A stretch of 63,906 nt of DNA, the filler included, from Collodictyon triciliatum (taxonomy: Eukaryota): assembly GCA_043381765.1 (NCBI GenBank). It is 6 parts of 6 records of this genome, joined end to end, with 100 filler letters (N's around TTAATTAATTAA, not from the genome) between each part and the next. Parts side by side here need not be neighbours in the genome. Positions count along the whole stretch, not along the records: positions 10,002 to 21,558 come from JBHJMP010002368.1; positions 21,659 to 33,264 come from JBHJMP010002371.1; 4 more parts are not named here. One strand, given 5' to 3'. Below the pieces are notes generated by a model, which was given only the letters and a program-made list of their open reading frames with translations, did no database searches and had not been told where the DNA came from. The number at the start of each line of letters is the position of its first letter. Positions within the stretch are counted from its first letter, which is position 1. Both the position numbers and the translations under genes were made by a program. This document shows, piece by piece, positions 13,834 to 25,970 of the stretch.

Positions 13834-16800
13834 ATGAGCCGTTCAGGCAGCGTCGGAGCAGACGAAGAGCCGGCCCGGCCGACCGGCGCAGAGGCGGAGA
13901 GTCTGCCGCACCCGTTCGACGAATGTGGGGAGGGGCCCGCGAGCGGCAGCCTCTTGGATTCGCACGGCTGGTTGGAGAATCCTGCGGCCGTGAGTCGCTC
14001 GTCTTCCGAGGCTGCGTTGGGCGTCCAGGACGTGTGCTTGGAGAGCAGCACGACGGGGGGTTCTGTCGCGGCTGCGGGGGAAGCAGGTCGGTCTTCTTTT
14101 TCGTTTTTCGTTTTTCGTTTCTTTTCTTTTCTTTTGATTTTGATTTTGATTTTGATCATGTTTATTTTATTTTTTTATTCATTGTTTTAGCTATTTGTCC
14201 TTGTTTTTTTGTTTTGTTTTGTTTTGTTTTCGTCAATTCCAATTATTAAAAAAAAAAGAAGCATCTTTGATTTGATGAATATTCTGATGTGTGACGCTCG
14301 ATCACTAGAGTTGTCCATGAACAAGGATGTTGGTATTCAGCCGACGGAGCCAAACATCGATCAAGATCTATCTCTAGGTTTATTGATTTATTTGTTTCTT
14401 TTTTTTCGTTTCGTGTCGTATAGTTTCTTGTTTGATGGTTTGATCAAATGCAATCATACATGTGGAGCCTTTGCGTCGTCTGCTTATATTTTTTAATGTA
14501 ATACATGTTTGAAACAAGGTCATCATGAGACTCAAATGTCAGTAGAATACGATAAAACTATCTCTGGCCAGAATTCCGCCGTTCTATATCAGCCGAATGT
14601 GCAGGTATACCACGCTTAATATGATATATTATAAGTGAAGTCTTGATTGCATTGAGATGTTGCGTGATTGTTTCCATCTGAGTTTTCAATGCATATTCTC
14701 TCGGGGTATACCTTCATTTAATCAATATAAACCTTGTTCATGCTGAAATACATATATATATATATAATTGATGATATTTTTCCAACTTGCTCGTGTAGGT
14801 TGCTGAAAATGAGTCAAAAATACCACAACCACCAGCAGGATTTTTCCAAACCCTGGTCCGTCGGGTCCAAAAAATGATGGTTGGATAATATTTGTTAATA
14901 CATTTTTGTGATCGTACATTCATCCATATTGCTGATTATATCTCACCGAAAAGTAATGAGGCGGCAAATATTATTATTATTATTATTATTACTACTATTA
15001 TTATTATTACCATCATCACCATTATTTATAATCCTGGTAGAGGGAAGCACAGGAATACATAAAATACAGTGATGATTCATACATGTTCTTCAGTCCAGAA
15101 AATCCTGTCCGGGTACTTTGTTGGAAAGTTGGAATGCATCCGTTTGTTCCTTTTAATTGTTTTATTTTAAAAAACCTTATAATTTGTTACCCTTCATATG
15201 TGATTTCACCCAGCGACGGATTTAAAAAAAATGATAAAGGAAATACATAGCAATCTTATCTTTCTTCTCTCTAATAATTAAATAATCAAATAGCAGCTTG
15301 CGTTTTATCCATCTTTACAATATTCCATTATCTTCTGACGTACTTTGTTTTTAAGCCTTTTTCTTCTTTCATTTTTAAATTGCTCTTTAACATGAATTAT
15401 TTTATGCAGGTGGTTCGACCATTTTATCATACTTACAATCATAAGTACAATATTTTCTTCTTCATTCAAAAATAGTTGTAGATATTTGCGAATAATTTTT
15501 AAGATATGAATAATAGCGTAAAAGGGCAGTAGAAATCACCTAATAATGGTCTAATCTGAATTTCATTCCTATAATTGAACTATTCCCAGCCAATTGCATT
15601 ACTTTAAGCCTCAGCGACCCTCTTGACAACTCAGATACTGGTCTCCAGGGTTTCATCAACACACTTGACCCCGTCTACTTCACAATATTTCTATTGTAAG
15701 CACATTTTGATTATCTATCGAATTCGAACTGCTGAAAGAAGCTTTGCTTAGTCTGCTGGCGGTGATGATTTCCCTTCCTTTCACTTACTTTCAAACTACC
15801 ACAGTTAAAGATCTTATTCAAGTATCTAACTGCGACTATGATACAGCGAATACCTTGTGAAGTCAATTTCGAAAGGTTTTATTTTCACGGACGATGCTTA
15901 TTTGAAGGATAATTGGAACCAGCTGGATTTCATTATTGTCGTGTCCACGTAATCTCATGATTCAATTATTCTTCTTTTGTTTTTGTTTTTGTTTTTGTTT
16001 TTGTTTTTGTCTTTGTTTTTGTTTTTGTCTTTGTCTTTGTCTTTGTCTTTGTTTTTTTTTGTTTTTGTTTTTGTTTTTTGTTTTTTTGTTTTTTGTTTTA
16101 TTTTTGTTTTGTTCATCTTTCACTCAGTCCATGTCCTTATTTATGTATGTTTGAACCAATTGCAGAGGAAAACCCCCAATCAATTTTTTTCCAGATACAA
16201 CGACCAAACGCTCAGTAATACCCCGCCTGTTTGTAACGAAAGGATGCTGTTTTTTCTTTTTTCTTTTTTCTTTTTGAAATCTTGTAGATTCGTTTCTCTT
16301 GTGGGTCCGACAGGGTCGTTTACTTTTTTTCGAGCCCTTCGAATACTTCGTCCACTCAAATCGCTCTCTCGAATTTCATGTGAGTGCATTTAGCTGATGC
16401 GCCTTGTGAAACATTGACCATCATTTTATTTATTGAACTACTTTCTAAATTTACTCACTTTCATTTTGTCTTCGCTTCCATTGACTTACTTAAACGATGT
16501 TTTCCATTTTGAGAAATTAAACCGGCTTTCAAATAGCTCTGAAAATTGTTCTCAATTCTTTGGCGAGTGCAACGCAAATGCTTTTGAATGCTGCGATGCT
16601 ATGCGTTTTTCTCTTCGTGTTCTTTGGGATACTTGGGGTTCAACTTTTCAGTGGAGTCCTGAGGCAAAGATGTGTAGACAACGAAACAGGCAATTTATTT
16701 TAATATCGGCACATTCAGTTATATCTTCGTTAGGGATATTATACAATATCAGGATTTTATTAGAAATTTTTGCTCATAGGAGAAGTTACTCATGACGACA

Positions 16801-18652
16801 TCTGTTCAAAAATGGATTTATATGGTTTGTGATTTACTTTTCGTAATTTACCATTTCATTTTTTTCTTATCATCTCCTGAGCTATATTTTGTGCGCATAA
16901 GGGAGCAATAATGTCTGTTACGTGAATGAGACATGCCAATCTGATGTGGGACTGAATCCGAACTATGGTTTAACAAGGTTTGCTCTTAATTTCCCACATG
17001 TTCATCCATTCATTATTTTGATATTGCCATTTATTCTTAGTGTTTTGTCTCTTACAAGAGAGTAAGCTTGTTAATTATCCATATTATTCACCAGTTTTGA
17101 CAACATTGGATGGGCAACCCTTGTAATATTCCAATGTCTGACTTTTGAAGGCTGGTCAGATGTAATGTACGGGGTATGTTCGAGTTAACTTCCATGCGTG
17201 TTTGAAACGTGATTATGTTAAATTATAAAAGGATATGAATTCACTTGAATCCAACTCACGAAGAAATCGAGTGAAGCTAGCCGGTATTCAAGAGTCAATC
17301 ATGTTTCTATAACTAAATAGGTACAAAAGGCAGGAATAACTGCAAGTTCTCTGTACTTTGTGACTGTGATTTTTCTTGTTTCCTTCTACATGGTCAATAT
17401 CATCCTTGCCATTATTTCGTCGCAATACTCTGACCAGGTATGCATTTATTCTAAAACATGATGCTGGTTTTTGTCTTGAATGTCAAGAAATTCTGTTGCT
17501 CATGATTCCTTTATATATATACACTGAAATCTCGCTCAACAGGCCGAGCTTTTGAGAGCTGAAGCAGAGGCCATTGAAAACAAGATTTATCAGTCGAAAA
17601 AAGAAAAAATCGACGAAATAGAAAATGATGATGCCTCAGAGACGTCAAGGTTAGGACTTTATTTTCTTGTATTCGTACAATGCAACTATTCTCTGCTTTT
17701 ATTGAAAAGAAATTCTCGTATTATTTCTGCAAAATCAATTTTATTTATCACTACCAGTGAAGAAATACCCCTGTCAAATAATCGAATCGTGGCAATATGC
17801 CAGATATTAGTGAGGAGCAACAAGTTTGAGCAGATTATGGTAAATTTCTGTAAAAAAAAAAAAAAAATGGGGCGATGTCTACGACTAGCCTCGTCACAAT
17901 AATTCGATATTGTTTGATATTTAATCACATATGTAAACCGCATCTGTATGATTTTATTTTTTTTTTTTTTAAAAAAAAAAACCTAGCTAACGTGAGTTTG
18001 TCAATTAGTGCGGTTTTGTACTTTTAAACGCCATCATTCTCGCGATTCACTACGATGGAATGTCTCAAAGTCTGGCTGATGATTTGGGTAGTTAGATTGA
18101 GCAATCATAATTGCATCATGCTCTCTCTCTTATTTCGTATACAATAACGTATGTTTAAAAAATTGTATGACACTCTTGAAGATACTGCCAACAACTTTCT
18201 TGTCTTCATTTTTGTGGCCGAGATGATTATAAAGGTTCCAGTAGCTTCTTATTTCTTGTCTTTGTCCTTCCTACCAATACAAAAAAATATTAAATTTTAG
18301 TCACTCATGCATTAACTCTACATATCAACCGTGAGAATATACGCAAAAGTTGCAAACTACATCTGACTATGCCTTCAGATAGTAGGACTTGGTCCGAAGT
18401 CTTATTTCACAAACAAAATGGATTTATTTGACTTCTTTCTAGTCATTCTCGGTTTACTAGAGGTATTTTTCTCTTTATTATTGAGATTTCAGAATTTGTT
18501 GATTCGTTTTGCAATTTATTATGTTCGTACGATTTTTAGTTTGGTGTCATAAATTCAAAAAACTCGTCATCATTGAGGGCCCTGCGGCTTCTTCGACTGT
18601 TCCGCGTGGCAAGGTCCTCGTGACTACCTTAATTATTTACGCCAATATGTAC

Positions 18653-18748
<96 letters not shown>

Positions 18749-21558
18749 ATTCTTTACAGATCACACTTAGCGGGATAAAATTAATTTTATAGAAACTGGT
18801 CTTCCATGCGCACTTTGGTTGACACAGTCGTATCGTCTGGTGAAAGTATATTTGGGCTGTCGTTGCTTTTGCTTCTTTTTCTGTTTATCTTTACCCTACT
18901 CGGAATACAGGTTAGCATAACAACCATAAAGCCCTTCCAAATTATGGCTCATTATCTATTCTTGCTTTTTTTTTTCTTATCTTCTTATATATTTCTTTTC
19001 TCTATGTCTTTCCCCTGTCTCTAATCCATATCATGACTCTTATTCTTGTTCTTATCTATCCAAATTCCAGCTTTTTGCTGGAAAGTTTGATTTTCCCGAA
19101 GGCAGGCCACGTAACCACTTCGACAATTTTTTTCAATCCTTTCTGACAGTTTTTCAGGTTATTATCCTAGATTACATCAAAGTCATATAAACAAGTCGAT
19201 GAATGCATATCTTATAATCATCGATAAATTCTCCATTTGAGTATATTATTTTGAGATACATCATATGGAATGCAGGTAGTCGTGATCGACAACTGGAACG
19301 ATGTCGCATTTAATGCCATGCGAGCGACCTCTAATTCATCTGTCCTCTTTTTTATTGTCCTTATTTGCATCGGAGATTGTATCAACACTTTATTTTGATA
19401 GTCATTACGTGACTTGGATTTATTGAAGAAATAATACTACCCTATGATTTTTATGCTGCTATTCCTTAACAATATCAAGACATCATACTCAATCTGTTTA
19501 TTGCCATCATTCTGGACCGATTTTCGGTGGAGACTGAGGAAAAGTGGGAGGATTTATCTGTCCAAAGGCAAATCAATAGAAGGTTGACAACAATAACGAT
19601 AGCCCAAGTTAAACATCAGGTATTTGTAACACATCTTCAACAGCCAAATAAATATTGTCAAAATAGGCGTGCAATTCTAAAACAAGAGGAAAAGGAGAAG
19701 TTCCAGAGACTACTTATAGAAGGTAAATACCAGGATATGATGTCTTCTTTTTCATCAGAATCTTAGTCAAACCATCCTTTACTCTACACAAGTTACCTTT
19801 TCCTTATTTCTTTTTGAATATTACTAGATTCACTCACTGAAGCCAGGAATCCTGATTCGTTGTCGATGAGGGTATACTCTTCTGTTGATATTATGTGACA
19901 TGGAAATCTATGGCGTGTATTTTCTAAAAAATTGTCAAACTGGTCGCCACTTTATTCTCAAGTTTCTCTTTTATGTTCCTTGTAATGAAGCCCAGTTATT
20001 GTTTATCAGTCATTGTTATTCCTACTTGGACATAATGAAAATTATATAGGTGATAAATCCTCAAGATTCAGGCAATATAGAAAAGCGAAATTTGTAAGCA
20101 TTTATATGTCGAATATATTACAGTTATAATTGTTTTGCTGCGTGATTTACTCCTACACAAAATGAAATTACCAATTTATCAGTTTGAAGCGGTACAGATT
20201 AATCAGATTCTAATCTTCAATTCAAAAATAAGCAGACTCGCGGACCGCTTGTTCTTTACGCCTGATGATGAATCTGTTCAGACAGAGTTTGTTAAACAGC
20301 ACTTATAACCATTTAATATTTACTTTATGTATAAATTAGAATATTAATGACGATAGCCCATCGTCAAAATATTAGTATTGAATATGAGTATGTAACCTTG
20401 TTCCAGGTACTAAAAACAGTACCAAAAATCAATTATCTTTTATAGCACAATACACTCAGAAAGCGATTCGATAAGATATAGCAACACCGAAACTCTCGTT
20501 TCTTTTCGCAGCTATTATCGCTCCAATCAGTTTTTTAATAGGTATATATCATTTTATCCAATTGCATCGCGATACTACTGTGCAATATTAACTGGGATAT
20601 TTTTCACGTAGAATTCATGAATTTCACAACCGCAATCTGCAAAACACATTCTACTTTATTCCTCCCAATAATTTCATTCGGCGACGCTGCATTTATTTAG
20701 TTTTCAATCCAATACTAGACTATGGTAATTGTATTAGTTTTACTGTTTTCGTATAATTTTGGAGGAATTTATACTTCTCCTTTTATGATAAAAATCTATG
20801 TGTATAGTTTCTCTTGTTGTCGTAATGCTCAGCTGCATAAATCTGGCCCTGGATAAACCGAGCCTCGATTCAGAAAGCGGATTGGCGAAGGTAACTCTCG
20901 GTGTGCTGTAGGCACCAAATACCATCCATCCTTTATAGCAAAGACCATCATTTAACAGAAAAATTATATTATATGTTTCGATTGAAATACAGTTTATATC
21001 GACATCTGACCCAATCTATCTGGCCATCTTCATTGTAGAAATGTGCATTAAGGTTGAAAAAAATATTGTCAAGATTCTACGCAATCAATATTAATGTGAA
21101 AAAATTGGTTTATATTATTGCACATTCTTGTTTAGGAAAAAAGCTATTCAATTCTCTCTCTCTTTTTTTTTTTTTCTATCGCGAACAGGTCATCGCTCTT
21201 GGATTTGTATTTCCAAAATTTTCTTATTTAAAGTCAAAGTGGAATGTGCTCGATTTTATCGTTATAATCGTAGGTTTACATTCACTGGATATTAGAATAA
21301 TACTCCATAGCCTTTCATCTATACTGCCCGCGCAATGTAGTCTTTTCATTCAGAAAAAGTGTTTGATAATTTTCTCAGTTTTGCTTTGATTAATAGTTTG
21401 GAATTGTCGAGATAGCGTCCGGGGCGAGTCTGAAGGTATCATATTATACTAAATCTTTAAATGATACCTATTCTTAAAAGGGTAGAATATGTCAACGATT
21501 CTGATATATTCTCGTGTTGATTTAATCCCACATAGAGCATCCGATCCATTCGCCTACT
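13834..21558 (+). CDS. Four-domain voltage-gated Ca2+/Na+ channel alpha subunit (domains I, II and part of III; truncated by scaffold end)
   Basis: Exons give HPWFDHFIILTI.NCITLS, AYLKDNWNQLDFIIV, S4 FRALRILRPLKSLSRI, P-loop I FDNIGWATLVIFQCLTFEGWSDVMY, P-loop II FDNFFQSFLTVFQVVVIDNWNDV, IIS6 GDYIILNLFIAII and domain III YLKSKWNVLDFIVI. The start codon is approximate. Confidence 0.93.
18652..18747. repeat. (TGT)n intronic microsatellite
   Basis: Direct inspection. Confidence 0.97.
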
Positions 21559-21658
21559 NNNNNNNNNNNNNNNNNNNNNNNNNNNNNNNNNNNNNNNNNN
21601 NNTTAATTAATTAANNNNNNNNNNNNNNNNNNNNNNNNNNNNNNNNNNNNNNNNNNNN

Positions 21659-22350
21659 CCCGCAAGACCTTCCAAATCACCGCTCTCTAATGCTTAATAT
21701 CACCAATAGGGAGCTATGGATAGGCACACGCGCGGCAAAAGCTGGCAAAGTCTCCCAACAATGCACACTTTGCAGCAACTGTGATGAATCCATTGAGCTC
21801 ATATTTGTGCAATGTCCCTTCGCTCAAAACCTGCGCGAAACAGCCGGTGAAATTATTTGGCTGACACTCAAGACGGCTGCAGCTGTTGGCCCAATCCAGG
21901 CGATACTTGGCCCTCTGCAACAGCTGCGCCCAGATGCAAAAACATTCTGGGCAGTGACGCGAGGCCATTTGCTATGGACTATGTGGATAGCATGCATATA
22001 CTCACGCAAAGCAAAACTCACTGACCAGCCACCCATTCCTGATAACAGGTTGGATGACATCATACAAATCTCTTTCCTCAATAGCTTCCTTCGCCACCTG
22101 CACGTTCTCTACTACGCAGACTCTGTGAGAAGAGACATGTAGAAAGAGGCAAAGATATTCAATCTCGCCTTGTATCTCTCATGCAAGCACAAGACCCATG
22201 CTACAAGCCAAACCGCAGGATGCAATCCCTGATTACCGACTACTTCTTCGCCACCCGGCCACCAAGTAGCGTCCATGCAAACGATGGCTAGCGAACCAAA
22301 GCCAACATCTCCACCGTCCTGCACAAAATTGAAAGGAAGAATAAAAAATA
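21659..22350 (+). mobile_element. 3' fragment of non-LTR retrotransposon ORF2 (zf-RVT-like) plus 3' tail
   Basis: CTLCSNCDESIELIFVQCPFAQNL...LLWTMWIA matches the L1/Tx1-type CxxC..ETxxHLFxxCP and 'W..W' terminal motifs, with the His lost. It is intronless and ends in an A-rich tract. Confidence 0.7.
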
Positions 22351-22804
22351 TTTGGATAAAAAACAGAGGAAAATTTGTTATGAAGAGTGGCTTATATGTT
22401 GAAAGTGGAGAATAATTTTCGTCGCAAGATGGTCTTTTTTTCTATTTTCTGTCCTTCCAACAAATTATGAAGTCATCAACAAAAGCCAAGAAACCATATT
22501 TCCCAGAACAAAAATGAGCTGTGGACAAGACAGTGGAAAACCCCGGATTGTGTGGTTGGAGTTTTTGTGTTTTGGAAGGAAAGAAAAAGAAAAAGAAAAT
22601 AGAAATGAGAGAAAGTGTTCTCACACGCAGACTATTCTAACCGAGGTGATTCAGCTCCAACACGATTTCTGGTTGTGTTCGACACTTGTAAAAGAGCGGA
22701 TAGAGTTGTCGGGTCGATGAGAATACGCGCATTGCAGTTACTTCTCAAATCGATTCCGACGAGTCCTTTCAACTGTATATCTCAGACAAGGTTAACATCC
22801 TATT

Positions 22805-24170
22805 TCATTCCACTGGATGAGTCTTTTGAGGGGACAACGGGTCACTTTCCTTGCGTTTCTTGATGGGAGATTCAGACAAAAAGCGATACATCGTTGTTTG
22901 TCTGGAATTGTCGGAAGTGGCGCTTGACCGTCCCCTGGTTTCGGGACCATGCGTAGCCGGCAGTGGACTTTGCTTAATCAGGGTATAGCTATATGTTTGT
23001 GGTTTTAGAAACATACTCTCATGCTTGTTCGGACTGTCTTTGGTGTGTGAAGTTCCAAGCTTGGATTCGACTTGTGGTGTTTGCTCTTGCTCCTTGGTTC
23101 TCGGTGCAATGGGCTGGGGCAGGGTAAACGGACAATCTTTGGTGGGCGCTGGTTCTTGTGTTGCCTTCGCTTTGGAGTATCCTTTCGAATAAGTAACGAA
23201 GACTGCCTTGAGGCCTCCTATGTCAACCATATTCACGTCAGACTGAATGGGTAGTTTAAAGGGGGTTTCTTTCGGGGTTTGGAGATGCGCTGCTCTTGGG
23301 TCTTGCGATGTGCGGACTTGTCCAGTGTTGGCGGTGGAGGGCTCGAGTGCGAGGATTCTGAAGAGGAACCGAGATTTCCTTCCATGTCATCGTCGCTGTC
23401 GCTGTATGTACGTGTATCTGCTGTGAGTCTTGCGGACTCTGTTGTTGCCTGGCCTTGGCTTCCTTGACCCCTTTGCTGCTTGTCTGCTTGGCAGGTGTAT
23501 TTTTTTGCGGGATTTTTACCTGTCGTTCGTTGTTCGCGGCTGGCGGACGCTCTTTGAGGATGCGCTTTGGACACTTTTTGCCCATGACCGTAAACTTTGC
23601 AGGGAGCTGGTTCTTATGGCAAAGAGGCTTCACCACGGCCGTGTCTGTAAAGAAGCCTTTTGTCCTTTTTGATGTCTACGTGGGTCGGTCTGAACGGCTT
23701 CAGCTCCTCACGAAGGAGTTGCGGCCACACGTCCAGCGGTAGTTGGTAGAGCATCACCGAGGTCTCTGTTGGTTTACTTCTGCTGAAGCTGGTTATGATA
23801 TCGCCCAATCTTACCTGCTTCAGCTCCAGAAGCTTTCGGGCGTTTTTTGCAGTGCGGAAGCAATGAGGAAATGCCTTCGCTATCCGGTAAGTGCAATTGG
23901 ATGGACTCTTCCCAAAGTTTGTTCGCTTTCAAGAAGGAGGCGAGCGCATCTGTGAGCCTGCAAGCCTTGTTCTTGTTATAAACGACTTGCTCGACACTAT
24001 ACAAAAATACTGTCCGCTCAGACAGACTTGCAGGCGGCTTCCTTGCACGGGTTTTCTTAGACTTACGTGCAACTCGGGGGTTTCTGCGCCAGTGTTGGAA
24101 CCAGAAGAGCTGGCTGCAACTTGCAAAGCCTTCGACGTGTCCCGATTTGTTTCATCCATCAAGCGTTAGA
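22805..24170 (-). mobile_element. Frameshifted LINE ORF1-like (RRM-type) relic
   Basis: A chain of overlapping intronless ORFs gives TSVMLYQLPLDVWPQLLREELKPF...RHGRGEA..LPAKFTVMGKK (RRM-like pattern) followed by a basic low-complexity tail. Several frameshifts and stops are present. Confidence 0.35.
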
Positions 24171-25970
24171 AGCTTGATTGAAAATCAGGCGCGGGAACTA
24201 AAACATAAAATAGTTGAAATTGCACTGATTGTCTTGATATGCTCCTCTCCTTGAGGAAAAGATTGTAGAAAATAATTATTAATACGGCTCATCTATAAGT
24301 TGGTGTAGGAGACTTCTCCCAACGCGCATTCTTATTTTTTTCGGATAGACGACTTCTCTTCCTCAGTGTGAAGAATAAGAGTTTATAATTTATTTTACAG
24401 ATCCATAATTTTTAATTGAATTCTTCGATTACCAGGATTGAAAAAAAAAACTGCTCTGAGTTTTGAAAAAAATCAGCAGGTGTGTAAATACGAAGTAGAT
24501 CATTTCCACCATGACTATTGTCCCAATAAACAACAGTGATGGCTCTAGGAATCTATCAACTCACAGAACAAAAAAGAGGATGAGAGCAGGGTGGTTTATA
24601 AGAGGTCAACAAAGAATATTGTATGAGAAAGTTCACAAGCATGGACATAAATGAGCCGTTCAACATAGCTTTCTTTCTTTCTTATTCAACTCGAGTTAAG
24701 GTTTTTTTTTCTATACAATCCGTTGTTGTTATTGCACCGGTTCAAAGCAGTTATGTTTGTCGGATCCAGCTGCAGGCCAGCAGGGCACGGAAGCTGGATT
24801 CATGGCTCATTACTATGCACCCGAGAGAGACGAGAATAGTTCCGACTCCTTAGAGCTGCAACTACAAGGGGCCCTTACTTGGATCTGATTCAAAACCTTT
24901 TTTTTTTTATTCACGACAGACTTAGCTGTTGGCGCCCATGCCAATAATCATCTGATTCAAAACCTAATTTCCTTCAGTTATGGGTGACCACACTACCATT
25001 CCGTCCTCCTCTACAACATGGATGACAACAAAAAAAAAAACTTTCTTTTCATGCTTTTTCTTCGCTCTTATACCTCCTGTAACCCATGAATTAACTTTTA
25101 TTTTTTTTATAGTCTGGTGTATTCATAGTGGTTCTCCAAGGAGACCGGAAAGAATCATCTGAGAGGTTTGGATGTTCTCCGTTTACGATTTTGCTATCTT
25201 GTATGAATATTTCATAGGCGATTATGTTTTCATGGATTCTTTTAAATGACCTTATCTAGCATAGAAACCTTGCTGGCAGTACCTTCACATTCATAATCTT
25301 TTGATGACATTTAAACTATCACGAAATATGTATCTTTATAATGAATTAATTATAATGACAATCGCGTTTCTGTACGAAGACGAATTCATATGTATTAAGG
25401 ATATATGCTTCTGAAATATTAGTCCATTTTTTTTTGTGAATCCTAGGTTGTTACTGCTAATGCCTCTATGCAAATAATACTTTTATAATACTTTCTGGTT
25501 TTTGTTTGGTTTGGACGATTGTCTCCGATTCCAAAGTATCGGATTCTATAATTGTATTCATATCATTCGTTCTGTTATAGTCGCATTTATTTTATTGGAA
25601 GATGTAGTTGTAGACATAAATAAGAGGACATGCAATCGCATTGTGATTAAATGATTTGTCGTTATTGTCTATTAAAAAGTTATATATAAAACAATATTTC
25701 AGACACTTCCTCATCTACGAGTATTATTTTTTTTACATGATTGTGGTGGATTTTTATTGATCAAAACACAGATTGGATGTTTATATGTAATAAAAATGAG
25801 AAGCCAATCATTATGAATCAAAGAAAACCGTGAAGGCGTGAAACCAAAAAAAAAAAAACAATTTAATGAACCTATGAGTTTGAATATTATGACATTATTA
25901 AAATGACAATATCATAAAAACTGTAAATATGTTATTGATCTTGCTATCAATGAATTAAAATCTAACGCAG

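Noticed and set aside
24883-24965. 16-bp direct repeat ATCTGATTCAAAACCT flanking ~50 nt
   Set aside because: It could be a TSD or a local duplication, but no element features lie between the copies.
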